NCBI GenBank assembly: GCA_027623675.1
Contig: JAQBVF010000007.1
Coordinates: forward strand, 32,001 to 96,000
Source: Chloroflexota bacterium
GTDB taxonomy: Bacteria > Chloroflexota > Dehalococcoidia > Lucifugimonadales > UBA3495
Direction of reading: 5' to 3'
Length of the DNA: 64,000 nucleotides
Position 1 is the stretch's first letter; each line of letters starts with the position of its first letter. The notes under the pieces were generated by a model. The model searched no databases. It had not been told where the DNA came from and saw only the letters and a program-made list of their open reading frames with translations. Positions 18,364-28,638 of this stretch are shown piece after piece. The position numbers were made by a program, and so were the translations under genes.

Positions 18364-19722
18364 ATGGCGACAAACAACAGCGGAAACGGTTCCGGAGCGC
18401 TGGCCCAGGAGAGCCTGGACAGATTCAAACGTGAATTCGACGCCGACCAGACCAAGCGGCTGGTCCAGAACGTGGTGACCCAGCATGACGTTAACGACGT
18501 GGCGCTCAGCCGGTCCATCGTGACCGACTCGCCGCATTCGTTCTCCATCGTGCTGGACGACTGGGCGGTGACCAACCAGGCCCGGACCGGACGCTGCTGG
18601 ATGTTCGCCGGGCTGAACCTGTGCCGGGCCGACACCAGGAACGTGGTCAACGTCAAAGATTTTGAGTTCAGCCAGAACTACCTGATGTTCTGGGACAAGA
18701 TGGAAAGGGCCAATTTCGTATTGGAAGCCATCATCGAGACGGGCGACCGGCCTTCCGACGACCGGACCGTCGCCTTCCTGCTGCGGAGCCCCCTGTCCGA
18801 CGGCGGCCAGTGGGACATGTTCACCGCCCTGGTGGCGAAACACGGCGTCGTCCCCAAAACGTCCATGCCCGAGACTGAAAGCTCCTCTAGCTCGGCCCGG
18901 ATGAACTCCAGCCTGAACTACCAGATGCGGCAGGGCGCCAAGCGCATACGCGACGCCTATGCCGGGGAATCGGGACTGGACGAATTGCGCCATATCAAGA
19001 ACGGCGTGCTAAAGGTCATCTACGACATACTGTGCATCCACCTGGGCACGCCGCCGGCGGAAGTGGACTGGCAATGGAAGGACAAGGACGGCGAGTTCAA
19101 CCGCGCCGGCAAACTGACGCCCCTGGAATTCGCCGCCAACTACCTGAAGACCCCGATCCATGATTACGTCAGCCTGGTGCATGACCCCAGGGAAAGCAGC
19201 CCGGCCGGCGTAACCTTCACGGTGGAGTACCTCGGCAACGTGGTCGATGCGCCGCCGATCAAGTACCTGAACGTGGATATCCAACTCATGAAGGACATCG
19301 CCCTAAAGATGCTGCAGGACGGCAAGCCGGTATGGATGGGCTGCGACACCGGCAAGCAGATGCACCGGGACCTGGGCCTGTGGGACGCCGGCCTGTTCGA
19401 CTACTCCAGCGTCTACGGGGCGGAATTCTCGTTGGACAAGGCCTCGCGGCTGGAATACCACCAGACGGCCATGACCCACGCCATGATGTTCACCGGCGTC
19501 GACTTGGTGGATGGCGTGCCGCGCCGCTGGCGGGTGGAGAACAGTTGGGACGACAAGGTCGGCAACAAAGGATTCTTTTTGATGAACGACTCCTGGTTCG
19601 CCGAGTACATGTTCGAGATCGCCGTGCCCAAGCACTACCTGTCCCCCGAGTTGCAGCAGGCCCTGGAATTGGAGCCGATCGTGCTGCCGGCCTGGGACCC
19701 GATGGGTTCATTGGCGGGGTAA
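18364..19722 (+). CDS. pepC: Aminopeptidase C / bleomycin hydrolase (peptidase C1B)
   Basis: NQARTGRCW (catalytic Cys), DGGQWDM, THAM (His), VENSW (Asn), LPAWDPMGSLA C-terminus. Confidence 0.95.
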   Translation: MATNNSGNGSGALAQESLDRFKREFDADQTKRLVQNVVTQHDVNDVALSRSIVTDSPHSFSIVLDDWAVTNQARTGRCWMFAGLNLCRADTRNVVNVKDFEFSQNYLMFWDKMERANFVLEAIIETGDRPSDDRTVAFLLRSPLSDGGQWDMFTALVAKHGVVPKTSMPETESSSSSARMNSSLNYQMRQGAKRIRDAYAGESGLDELRHIKNGVLKVIYDILCIHLGTPPAEVDWQWKDKDGEFNRAGKLTPLEFAANYLKTPIHDYVSLVHDPRESSPAGVTFTVEYLGNVVDAPPIKYLNVDIQLMKDIALKMLQDGKPVWMGCDTGKQMHRDLGLWDAGLFDYSSVYGAEFSLDKASRLEYHQTAMTHAMMFTGVDLVDGVPRRWRVENSWDDKVGNKGFFLMNDSWFAEYMFEIAVPKHYLSPELQQALELEPIVLPAWDPMGSLAG

Positions 19723-19767
19723 GCCACCGCCTCAAGGCACTGATATTCGTAGACCTCGGAGGACCTG

Positions 19768-20286
19768 ATGCCCAGAGTCGCATTGGACCTGAACAACGGG
19801 GAAGACCGGAAAAAGGTAAAAGGGGAATGGCGGGTTGGCGAGGGTTTCGTGCCTGGAGAGCCCAACGAGGGGCTGACCGCCCGACTGCTGGCCGTCCCGG
19901 CCCGGACCGCCGATTTTGACGATTCTAGCTGGCCGGTGTGCCCCGACATCCGGCGGAGCCTGTCGGTGGGCTTCACATTCGCCTGGTACCGCATCACGGT
20001 GGAACTACCCCAGGAAGCCAACGGGATGCCGGTGGCGGGCGCGCGGCTTTGGTTCGAGACCAACATCGATAACTACGGCGAGATCTGGGTGAACGGACAG
20101 ATCGACCGAAACGCCGGGGTGATCGTCGGCATCAACGCCCCGCAGCGTGTCGAGCTGGCCACCAGCGCCACACCCGGTGACAAGTATGTGATCGCCTGCC
20201 TGGTGGCCAACGGCCCTCTGGCCGAGCCCCGGGGAGGCATCTTCATGCGCTTTGCCACGCTGGCGCTGGAGACCACCGACGATTAG
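19768..20286 (+). CDS. Hypothetical protein, galactose-binding-like (GH2 sugar-binding-type) domain
   Basis: GGAGG RBS; DFDDSSW, AWYR, IDNYGEIWVNG jelly-roll motifs. Confidence 0.75.
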   Translation: MPRVALDLNNGEDRKKVKGEWRVGEGFVPGEPNEGLTARLLAVPARTADFDDSSWPVCPDIRRSLSVGFTFAWYRITVELPQEANGMPVAGARLWFETNIDNYGEIWVNGQIDRNAGVIVGINAPQRVELATSATPGDKYVIACLVANGPLAEPRGGIFMRFATLALETTDD

Positions 20287-20391
20287 GGGGCACAGCCCCT
20301 TTCATGCGCTTGGCGGGTCCGGCCCCTAAATCTTATTAGCGACCGGAACAATCTTCTTTAGCAACGGCCCCATCAAGGAGTGCCCATAGTT

Positions 20392-21066
20392 ATGGTTAGA
20401 AAGAAAGGTTCAGCATTGTTGCTGGTGTTCACCGACGTTGACGTCGAACACGACGCGGAATTCAATTCCTGGTACAACGAGGAGCATCTGCCGGAGCGGC
20501 TCAGCGCACCGGGATTCTTGGACGGCGCCAGATACCAGGCGGTCAAGGGCGGGCCTCGTTACCTGGCGGTCTACGAACTGGAGTCGGCGGAGGCCTTGCA
20601 ATCCCCTGAGTACAAACATCAGTCCCAGAATCCCACTGAACGGACCAAACGCTTTTCCCCCAGCGCGATCGGCCGGGGAACGGTGCGCAGTGTTTGCACC
20701 CAGATATACCCCGCCGAGAGCGACCCCGGCACCGTAGGCCGGGGCATGGCTCCGGCGCTGCAGATCGGGCGGATGGACGTGCCTTCGGACATAGAGGCCA
20801 GGTATAACGACTACTACGACAACACCCGCACCCCCGGCAACCTGAAAGTGCCCGGCTGCCTCTTCGTCCGCCGCTACCACGTGGTCGAAGGACAACCGGG
20901 GTACCTGACCATGTACGAATTCGAGCACGAGAAGGTTCCCGAGTCGCTGGCGTGGGAAGAACACCGGAAGCAGGACACCATGCACGAATACATCGGGGGC
21001 AGTTACGGCCACGCCGCCGGGTCGCCGGGGGTGTACCGGCGCATAATGCCGCCCCGGCCTTTCTAG
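20392..21066 (+). CDS. Two-domain EthD/DUF4286-like protein
   Basis: Duplicated motif FNSWYNEEHLPE..PGF..RY..YLAVYE / YNDYYDNTRTPG..PGC..RY..YLTMYE. Confidence 0.8.
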   Translation: MVRKKGSALLLVFTDVDVEHDAEFNSWYNEEHLPERLSAPGFLDGARYQAVKGGPRYLAVYELESAEALQSPEYKHQSQNPTERTKRFSPSAIGRGTVRSVCTQIYPAESDPGTVGRGMAPALQIGRMDVPSDIEARYNDYYDNTRTPGNLKVPGCLFVRRYHVVEGQPGYLTMYEFEHEKVPESLAWEEHRKQDTMHEYIGGSYGHAAGSPGVYRRIMPPRPF

Positions 21067-22100
21067 TCTTTGATCGCCGGCTGTAACTCCGAAAGCAGGG
21101 GCAGCCGGTAGGCCTTGGCGGCAGCGTCATGGAACAGGAGCGTCCGCTCGGCGGCGGTGAAGTCCTGAGTCATGATCTTGAAGGAATTCCAGACCGCCGT
21201 ATAAGAGTAGGAATTCTTGTCCACCGGAAAGTTGCTCTCAAACATGCAGCGTTCCGGACCGAACGCCTCGATGGTGTGCCGGTAATACGGCGCCGTGGCC
21301 TGGACAAGCTCAGCGGAGTCCGGCGGCTTGGGCTGGGTGTCCCATCCGAACCCGCTGATCCGGTTGCCCAGTCCTCCCACCTTGACCACCACGTTGGGGC
21401 ATGCGGCCATCGCCGTCATATCCCGCTGCCACGCCTGAAATACCTCATCACGACGGCCGGCGTAGGGGCCTAGGCCCAAGGGACGCCCGATGTGGTTCAG
21501 GATGATGACCGCGCCGGGGAAGGCGTTGGCCAGGTCCACCAACTCCAGCAGTTGATGATGGTAGACCAGGGCGTCGAAGCCGTGGCCCCTGCGCTGTAGG
21601 ACGTCGAATCCCTGCCTGAATTTGGGGTCGGACAACATGCCGGGGCCGGCCATCCGGGGGGAACGCAACTCGGGGTTCTCGTCCCAACTGCAGGTGTAGC
21701 GGATGCCGCGGAAACGCCCGCTGCTGGCCTGGTCCAGGGCCTCTAAAACCGGCTCGACCGCGGCGCCCAAGCCCAGGTCGGCATAGCCCACGATCCCGGC
21801 GGCGAGCCGGGTGGGGCCGTAAAGCCCGCTGTCGCCTTGGGCGGCGATGCCACGGACAAACTCCACCTCGCCGACGGACCGCATCTCCTCCAGCCCCGAT
21901 GCCCGGTACATCGAGTCGCACTCCACGAACACGGTCTGCACGACATTGTGTCCCGAGGCGAAGTCACCCGTAACCTCGTCGATCATGTAACGGTCGGCGG
22001 GTTTATCCCACAGATGGTGGTGGGGGTCCAAGATCGGCAGTTCCGGCTCCAGGGCCTCTTCCTCGGTCAACTTAAGCCAGGCGTCACGTTCCGCTGTCAT
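21063..22100 (-). CDS. Amidohydrolase_2 family protein
   Basis: ILDPHHHLW, ILNHIG, RCMFESNFPVD. Confidence 0.92.
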   Translation of the reverse strand: MTAERDAWLKLTEEEALEPELPILDPHHHLWDKPADRYMIDEVTGDFASGHNVVQTVFVECDSMYRASGLEEMRSVGEVEFVRGIAAQGDSGLYGPTRLAAGIVGYADLGLGAAVEPVLEALDQASSGRFRGIRYTCSWDENPELRSPRMAGPGMLSDPKFRQGFDVLQRRGHGFDALVYHHQLLELVDLANAFPGAVIILNHIGRPLGLGPYAGRRDEVFQAWQRDMTAMAACPNVVVKVGGLGNRISGFGWDTQPKPPDSAELVQATAPYYRHTIEAFGPERCMFESNFPVDKNSYSYTAVWNSFKIMTQDFTAAERTLLFHDAAAKAYRLPLLSELQPAIKD

Positions 22101-22296
22101 CTGCTCTCCTTAAGTCATTGCCGGTCCATCCGGCGCTTTGGGTCTGGCGATGATTCGAGTTCGGCGCCTCCGAAATATACCGGGCGGCTACCGATTCCAC
22201 ACGGAATCCTAACGCTCGGATGTTCAAATCCATCCACAAGGCGTTTAACATAAGATTAGCTAAAAAAAGGATCATCACCCTGGAGATGGAACTACA

Positions 22297-22584
22297 ATGA
22301 CAATCAAAGCCTTTGCTCCGAAGCAAGCTGTTCATCCATTGATTGCCGCGCAGGAAGCCGTCAACCCAGCAGTATTGGAGGTGGTCCAGGAATCAGATGT
22401 TTCGGCGAACGCGCTCTCAGCCGCCGAGGCCGCCCAGAAGTCGGCCGAAAGCGACCTGGCCGCCGTCCGGGAATTGTGGACCGAGCTGGCCTCGATGCGC
22501 CCCGACCTCTTGGCCGAGTCCGATCCTGAACCGACGCCACATTCCTCCGACATCGAGGGACTGATATCGAAGGGCGCGGTCTAA
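22297..22584 (+). CDS. Small acidic hypothetical protein
   Basis: 95-aa ORF with GGA-rich upstream sequence filling the gap between two minus-strand genes. Confidence 0.5.
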   Translation: MTIKAFAPKQAVHPLIAAQEAVNPAVLEVVQESDVSANALSAAEAAQKSAESDLAAVRELWTELASMRPDLLAESDPEPTPHSSDIEGLISKGAV

Positions 22585-22675
22585 GCGCCGCCGTTAACCG
22601 GGCTCTTTTACTCCGGCGTCACGCCCGGCCGTAACCAACTTTCTAGCTACCCCCCGAGCAGACCAGCTAGCAAAC

Positions 22676-23476
22676 CTACAGGCCCACCAGCTCCCTGAAA
22701 TTCTCGCCCAAGATGCGTTCTTTGGCGGCGTCGGGCACCGGCAAACTCTCGATGAACTCGGCGTCCTTCGCCATATCAGCCAGCGGGAAATCGGTGCCGA
22801 AACAGACCTTGTCCGGCCCGTGCTTGTTGATGATGGCCGTCAGGGTGTCCGTGCCAACCTCTTTCAGCTCCGGCGGCCAGGTGGTGTCGATCAGGATGTT
22901 GTCCCGGCCGATCAACTCCCGCTCCGACTCGTCCAGCATGTAGAACCCGCCCAGGTGGAGCGCGATCACCTTCAGTTTGGGGAACTGCCGCACCATGTTC
23001 ATCACCCGGCCGGGCGGCGAGTAGACCGTGTCTCCCGGTTTGGTGTGTGCCCAGCGGCCCGAGTGTATCTCCACCACCATGTCGTCGCCCAGTTCCTCGT
23101 ATAGCGGGAACATCTTTGGGTCGTCCGGGAAGAACCGGTTCACCATGGGGTGCAGTTTCACGCCCTTGATGCCGGCGTCGCGCAGACGGCGTATCTCGCC
23201 GGGCAGGTCTTCCATATCGGGGTGGACCGCTCCGAAGGGCACCAGCATTTCGTCTTGGATGCTGATCAGCCAGTCGTTGGCCGGTTTCACGTGTTCCAGC
23301 CGCTCCACCACACCCAGCACCACCGATTTGTCCACTCCGGACGCGCGCATGTGGGCCTTGATGCCGTCGATCGTGTTGATACCCACGGCTGGATAGCCGA
23401 AGGTCTCGGTCATGTTCTCCAGCACCGGCGCGGCGATGCGGTCAGGGGAGATGTGGGTGTGGACGTCTATTCGCAT
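22676..23476 (-). CDS. Amidohydrolase_2 family protein
   Basis: True start MRIDVHTH at 23476; GVKLHP, ALHLGG, FGTDFP. Confidence 0.92.
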   Translation of the reverse strand: MRIDVHTHISPDRIAAPVLENMTETFGYPAVGINTIDGIKAHMRASGVDKSVVLGVVERLEHVKPANDWLISIQDEMLVPFGAVHPDMEDLPGEIRRLRDAGIKGVKLHPMVNRFFPDDPKMFPLYEELGDDMVVEIHSGRWAHTKPGDTVYSPPGRVMNMVRQFPKLKVIALHLGGFYMLDESERELIGRDNILIDTTWPPELKEVGTDTLTAIINKHGPDKVCFGTDFPLADMAKDAEFIESLPVPDAAKERILGENFRELVGL

Positions 23477-23480
23477 CTGG

Positions 23481-24323
23481 CTACCCCAACATCTCCTCGG
23501 CCAGCTTCTCCAGGCCGGAAAGTCCTTCGCCGGGGGCGGTGGATGGCAGGCGGACGGTGGCCATGGTGGCGCCGGCCTCTTCCATCTGCTTGATCTCGTC
23601 GCGGCTGGACGCGCCGTAGACCATGATCTGGATGCTGTCGGGGTCGCGGCCCGCGGCGTCGGCCAGTTCGTCCAGCGACGCCCGGCCCGCCCGCACGCTG
23701 TCGGGGGTGGCGCGCACCGGCATCCAGCCGTCGCCGTAGGTGACAACGCGCTTGAACACATTGGAGGCCGCGCCGCCCAGGAACACCGGGGGATGTGGCT
23801 TCTGGGCCGGCTTGGGGAACACCCTGACCTTGGGGAAGTCGTAGTAATGGCCGTGGTACTCGGCCTCGTCCTTGGTCCACATCTCTTTCATCGCTTCGAC
23901 GGCTTCCCGCGCCTGGGTCCAGCGGTGGTCGAAGTCGCCGCCCATGATCTCGGTTTCCTCGCGCAGCCAGCCGGTGCCGATCCCGAATATGAACCGGCCG
24001 CCGGAGTGGTAGTCCAGCGCCGCGATCTGCTTGGCCTGGACCAGCGGGTTGTGCTCGGGGATCAGGCAGATGCTGGTGCCAAGCATGATCTTGCTGGTGG
24101 TGGCGGAGGCGATGGCCAGGCTGATGAACGGGTCGGCCATATCGTTCATCGACTCGGGGATACTTCCGTCTGGCGTGCCCCCGTATTTGGAGGTGGTATG
24201 GACGGGGATTATGGGATGCTCGGCCATCCAGATGGACTCGAACCCCAGGTCTTCCGCCTTCTTGGCCAGTGCGCCGATGTCCATTGATCCGCTATTTACG
24301 GCCACGTTTACGCCGATTTTCAT
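23481..24323 (-). CDS. LLM-class F420-dependent oxidoreductase
   Basis: GFESIWMAEH, DPF, SGGRFIFGIGTGWLREE, PKPAQKPHPP, GDGWMP. Confidence 0.93.
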   Translation of the reverse strand: MKIGVNVAVNSGSMDIGALAKKAEDLGFESIWMAEHPIIPVHTTSKYGGTPDGSIPESMNDMADPFISLAIASATTSKIMLGTSICLIPEHNPLVQAKQIAALDYHSGGRFIFGIGTGWLREETEIMGGDFDHRWTQAREAVEAMKEMWTKDEAEYHGHYYDFPKVRVFPKPAQKPHPPVFLGGAASNVFKRVVTYGDGWMPVRATPDSVRAGRASLDELADAAGRDPDSIQIMVYGASSRDEIKQMEEAGATMATVRLPSTAPGEGLSGLEKLAEEMLG

Positions 24324-24482
24324 CGCATCTCCTCCGATCGTTCTGCCTGGTGATTAGCCCGGTGAAAAAGTGCCCCGATGGTACCACGCCTGGCTCGTAT
24401 CAGTCGATTAATAATCAGACGGACTCAAAATACGGGGAAAGATAAGTTGGATTACAGCAATCGTATGATAAGATATTTCGGT

Positions 24483-25043
24483 ATGCAGCAGACACAGGAA
24501 CAACCCCTCCACCGAGACGACCACCGGACCAAGCTGAATCTAACGATTATCTTCGCGTCGATCGTCGCCGTGATTGGCATCTTCGGCCAACCGGTGCTGT
24601 TCGTGATGGGCGTCGGTGTGATGATTTACAGCTGGCTGACCAATCCGAAGCAGTACCTGATCTACCGCGACGCCTTGGTTATCATCTACGGCAAACCCAG
24701 GATCAAGGCCTTCCCCTTCCAAGAGATATCCCACCTGGAGACATTATCGCTGCCGATCGGCGAGCGGCTTCGGGTGCGCATGGTGAACGGCCGCCGTATC
24801 ATGCTGATGACCAAGGACCCGGAGACGTTCCGGGCCAAGCTGGACGAAGCTCTGGAGGCATTCCACGGCGAACAGCAGGGAACGGACTACAACCGGCCCC
24901 AAGAAAACCGGTCAAACGGCGGTCAGCCCGAGTTGACCGATACCGGATACCAACAGGAAGCCCAAGCCGATGCAACGCCGGAAGCGCCCCCTGAAGAGCA
25001 TCGGGGCGAGAGTTCAACCGAGAACGACGACGTTCCCTACTAG
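24483..25043 (+). CDS. Hypothetical membrane protein (two TM helices, PH-like domain, acidic tail)
   Basis: Hydrophobic hairpin followed by beta-rich segment; terminator at 25077-25106. Confidence 0.7.
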   Translation: MQQTQEQPLHRDDHRTKLNLTIIFASIVAVIGIFGQPVLFVMGVGVMIYSWLTNPKQYLIYRDALVIIYGKPRIKAFPFQEISHLETLSLPIGERLRVRMVNGRRIMLMTKDPETFRAKLDEALEAFHGEQQGTDYNRPQENRSNGGQPELTDTGYQQEAQADATPEAPPEEHRGESSTENDDVPY

Positions 25044-25145
25044 CGTCCGCCCGAGGGTTTTCAACCAGCAATACTGCCCGGCCTCGACAAAATGGCCGGG
25101 CTTTTTGTTGCCTATCTTTGGGCGGACTGCCCGGCAAGAAGCCGG

Positions 25146-26198
25146 TTAAGGAAGCTGAATCTCTTTGGTGACTGCGGTGGTGTCGCCGAAGTTGCCGCAG
25201 TATAGGACGTGGTACGGCTCAGGCCCTCCGGAAACCGCCACGATTATGTCGTCGGCGGACCGGCAGGGGCACACCAGGTCGCCGTCCATGGCGAAGCCGT
25301 CCTCGTAGGTGATTACCGAAGTCTCCTTGGGAAACCGGTCGATGGGCACCTTGCTGCGCTCGAATAGCTCCTGCTTGACCATCTGCTTGTTGTAGCCATT
25401 TTCCGCGAAGATACGGGAGTGACCGGGCGTAAGTATCACCAGCGGGTTGCCGGCGGCCAACAGGTAGTTGTTGTCGCTGATGTCGGCCATGGCGCTGGCG
25501 ATCATGGTCAGGAAGCTCTCCGGCTCCTTATAGAAGGTGAGGCAGTTGCTGTAGCCCTGCGCTCCCACCACGGTGACCGTGCTCTGCTCCGGCGAGAAAC
25601 CGCGCTCCACATGCAGCGGCTCCCAGACGTTGTCCTCTTCGTTCTCGCCCATGCAGGCGCTGAACTTGGCGGCGCTGCCGTGGACCGCCATGTCGGTGGA
25701 CCAGGGTTTGGCCCCGCCCACGTTCAGCAGCAACAGGCGCAGCGCGCGTCCGATGGTGGCGTTGGCCCGGTAGCCCGGCCCCAATGTGCCTCGGCCGCTG
25801 TTCAACCCGATCCGGCCTCGCACCGGACCGTTCACGATCATGAGCGGCGACGCCGGGTTGGTGGTGGTCTGCAGGCCGTGGATGTTGAAGGCCGGTTCGG
25901 TTACCGCCTGCACGGCGGCGATGAGGACAGGCATGTATTCCGGGAGACAACCAGCCATCACGGCGTTCACCGCGATCTTCTCAACCGTGGCGGCGCCGGC
26001 GTCGGGATTGATGTAACCCACCAACTCCGACGCATCCCGCCCCGCGTATTCCAGCATGGCCCGCACGCGGTCTGCGGTGGGCGGTATCACCGGCAGCCCG
26101 TCGGACCAGCCCTGGTCGATCATGAACTGGAATACGGCTTCGGGGGAGTCTTCGGACAATTCCATCTGAGACGAAGTGAGGCGCGGGTCTACTGCCAT
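25146..26198 (-). CDS. Conserved uncharacterised protein, UGSC-selenoprotein partner (copy 1)
   Basis: GWSDGLPVIPPT, EKIAVNAVMAGCLPEY, GPGYRANATIGRALRL; paralogue of 50456-51514. Confidence 0.88.
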   Translation of the reverse strand: MAVDPRLTSSQMELSEDSPEAVFQFMIDQGWSDGLPVIPPTADRVRAMLEYAGRDASELVGYINPDAGAATVEKIAVNAVMAGCLPEYMPVLIAAVQAVTEPAFNIHGLQTTTNPASPLMIVNGPVRGRIGLNSGRGTLGPGYRANATIGRALRLLLLNVGGAKPWSTDMAVHGSAAKFSACMGENEEDNVWEPLHVERGFSPEQSTVTVVGAQGYSNCLTFYKEPESFLTMIASAMADISDNNYLLAAGNPLVILTPGHSRIFAENGYNKQMVKQELFERSKVPIDRFPKETSVITYEDGFAMDGDLVCPCRSADDIIVAVSGGPEPYHVLYCGNFGDTTAVTKEIQLP

Positions 26199-26360
26199 CC
26201 GTTACTCCTGTTTACAAACGTCTCAAAACAAAACCACTCCCTCCGATTCAATTGGAAGGAGCTGCGAGAATCCTAGCTGGATCCAGTTTTTATCGTTCCC
26301 TGGGAGATCCGTCGATCTCTTAAAGAGGCCCACGGCTCCCGCACGGGGCGAAAGCCAGGC

Positions 26361-26569
26361 CTACAGGCTCTTCGCCCTGTGGTCCAGGACGGCCCTCACT
26401 TGGGCGTCGGTCACCCCAGGGAACCATTCAAGAAACTGCGATGTCTGGGCCCCGTCCTCCAGATTCTCGAACAGCGCGGAAACCGGAACGCGGTTGCCAC
26501 GAAATACCCAATCGCCGCTAACCCGCTGCAAAAAAGCACAACTGCTGCGCACGAAGACCAATCCAACAT
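26361..26569 (-). pseudogene. DUF433 antitoxin-like gene, frameshifted
   Basis: MLDWSSCAAV start (26569) is out of frame with RVSGDWVFRGNRVPVSALFENLEDGA...FLEWFPGV; span 209 bp; A6 run at 26530-26535. Confidence 0.75.
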
Positions 26570-26686
26570 AGCCAAATTTTACCTGCCGTATATCCGCCGT
26601 TCAATTCGTCTAAATGCCTTCATCCCAACAACAAGTTTGTTGGGGGCCTCATCATCCGCAAACTCTGATCAATCTTTCCACACATA

Positions 26687-26906
26687 TCAGCGCCCTTGGA
26701 GAAACTCTTGGACGGTCATGTCTCTGGCGACCTGTCTGAGCAGTGGCGGGGCGATATCCCGGCCTTGATGAAATGGGGACCGTGGTTGCGCGTCCATCGA
26801 GGTGTCCATTTCGCCGGTGCGATCCCCGTCTGCGAACCTCGACGAAACCAAAGCGAACCAGAATCGCGGCAACTTCGCGGGGGCGCAATACCGGGGAGTT
26901 ACGCAT
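26687..26906 (-). pseudogene. hicA: HicA toxin, frameshifted
   Basis: REVAAILVRFGFVEVRRRGSH...DGRATTVP continues in another frame as FHQGRDIAPPLLRQVARD; shift near 26775. Confidence 0.85.
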
Positions 26907-26911
26907 GCTGG

Positions 26912-27118
26912 CTACACTGTCACGCGTTGAGTGCCGACAAATTCTCCTTCCAGCTCAGGGTCCCCGTCCTCAAGCAGCATCGCGATGACCTCTTTCAAGT
27001 TTTCGTTTAATTCATCAAGGCTTGCCGCTTGGGAGTGGGCTCCTGGAAAACCAGGCACGTAACCGACATACAATCCGGTCGCCGGATCCTTTTCGATAAC
27101 CGCTGTGTATTCTTTCAT
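26912..27118 (-). CDS. hicB: HicB-family antitoxin
   Basis: YTAVIEKD..GLYVGYVPGFPGAHSQA.SLDELNENLKEVI; GAGGA RBS. Confidence 0.9.
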   Translation of the reverse strand: MKEYTAVIEKDPATGLYVGYVPGFPGAHSQAASLDELNENLKEVIAMLLEDGDPELEGEFVGTQRVTV

Positions 27119-27165
27119 GGTTGGTCCTCGGGCTAATGGAATCCACGGAACACAGGTGCCCACGA

Positions 27166-27195
27166 TACCGTTCTAACGGGCCCGTTAGAACGGTA
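27166..27195. repeat. Perfect 30-bp palindrome
   Basis: TACCGTTCTAACGGG|CCCGTTAGAACGGTA. Confidence 0.9.
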
Positions 27196-27215
27196 GTACC
27201 TTGGCTTTCTTGGGG

Positions 27216-27755
27216 CTATTCCGGCTCGCGTAGCTGGGCGATTATCAGTTCTACGGCCTCTTTGGCCACGGAGCGCACCACGTCGGGCTCGACGTACTCG
27301 GTGAGTTCGGTCTTGGGCAGGACGACCATGGGCGCGTCGGGCATGCCGTTGCCCCGCATGGAAGCCTTGGCCAGGGTGGTGAACCGCTCGGTTACCAAGA
27401 CCACCGAGGGCATGCCGCTCTTGATCAGTTTAACGCTGTCGTGGACACTCCACGCGGTGCAGGAACCTCAATTTGCCAGGCCGACTATGGCCAGTTGGGC
27501 GCGCGCCTCCACCTCGTCGAAGGTCGCTTGGGGAGCCGCCGAGGCCAGGGGGATCAACCTCTCAAAGACTTCGGTCACACCGTACTGTTCCTTGAGGATG
27601 ATGCCGATCTGCTCGGAGATGATGTTCATGCTGGTCCAGCGGTTGTTCAGTATGGCGACCGTGGCGCCTTGCAGATCGTTTATGTGGGGGATGTGGCCGT
27701 CCATGGGACGCCACGCCTCCGCCGCCGGGCTGAGGATCGACATCTTGTTGACCAT
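27216..27755 (-). CDS. UGSC-family selenoprotein (copy 1), Sec at TGA 27468-27470
   Basis: ORFs 27468-27779 and 27216-27413 share a frame and join as GLAN-U-GSCTAWSVHD; hairpin 13 nt after UGA; start could be 27761. Confidence 0.88.
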
Positions 27756-27793
27756 GGCCATGCTCCTTCGCCTCTCCAAAGGTGAATCCGGAC

Positions 27794-28420
27794 CTAGCGG
27801 TTGGCGGCCGCGCTCTTTGCCGGGTCATACACCGGGCGGACCATCTCGTAACGGTCGCTGGTGCGGCAGTACATGTTGCCCGCCATGCGGCCGGTGGCCA
27901 TGAGCTTCTCCTGGTCGATGCGGTGCCCGTTGATAATGTCGTCACGGACGTGCATCAAGACGATGGTGCCGATAACCAGTCCATGCTCGTGGTCACCGGA
28001 GCCGATCTGCACCACCTGGTCCAGCTTACATTCGATGTTCACCGGAGATTCAAGCACCCTGGGGGCTTTGACGATATCCGAGGGTGCATGGGTCAGCCCG
28101 GCAATCTCGAACTCATCCACGCCCTCGGGGAATTCGGCCGCGGTGGCATTCATCGCCTCAGCAATGGGATCTACCACGATGTTCACCACGAACTCGCCGG
28201 TCTCTTCGATGTTCCGCAGGGTGTCCTTGCTCTTGTTACCAACGTGCCGGGAAGACGAGAAAACGACGGTGGTGTAGGACACGGCATTGAAGAATGAGTA
28301 AGGCGCCAGGTTGACCACGCCGTCGGGGGACACGGAAGATACGAACGCGATGGGCCTGGGAACGATCACTCCGGTGAGGACGCGGTTGAAACCTTCAAAT
28401 GTATTTGGGTCGATCTTCAA
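27794..28420 (-). CDS. Flavin reductase-like (DIM6/NTAB) family protein
   Basis: IVPRPIAFVS, NLAPYSFFN, KDTLRNIEETGEFVVN, ESPVNIEC. Confidence 0.93.
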   Translation of the reverse strand: MKIDPNTFEGFNRVLTGVIVPRPIAFVSSVSPDGVVNLAPYSFFNAVSYTTVVFSSSRHVGNKSKDTLRNIEETGEFVVNIVVDPIAEAMNATAAEFPEGVDEFEIAGLTHAPSDIVKAPRVLESPVNIECKLDQVVQIGSGDHEHGLVIGTIVLMHVRDDIINGHRIDQEKLMATGRMAGNMYCRTSDRYEMVRPVYDPAKSAAANR

Positions 28421-28638
28421 GTAATTACCTCTACCGGGGGAGTCCCGGCTGCCTTATGATTTTATGTGGGTTGTTTCTGGGGGCTATCTCGTGGGAATTA
28501 TATAGACCGCCAGGGGAGACGCCAAGTTTTGACAATCGAAAGTGCCACTGTTATGTTGGTAGCCGCTCACGCCTGGGGCCTCTCACGTGCTTTTCGGCCG
28601 GTCACCAGGGAGCTACTAGGGCCATTGGAGACAGATAC

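Noticed and set aside
27468..27470. TGA codons (also 30201 and 51928) as pseudogene lesions or genetic code reassignment
   Set aside because: All three fall at predicted catalytic Cys/Sec positions with downstream hairpins, while TGA ends many other genes normally (e.g. 6479, 43428)
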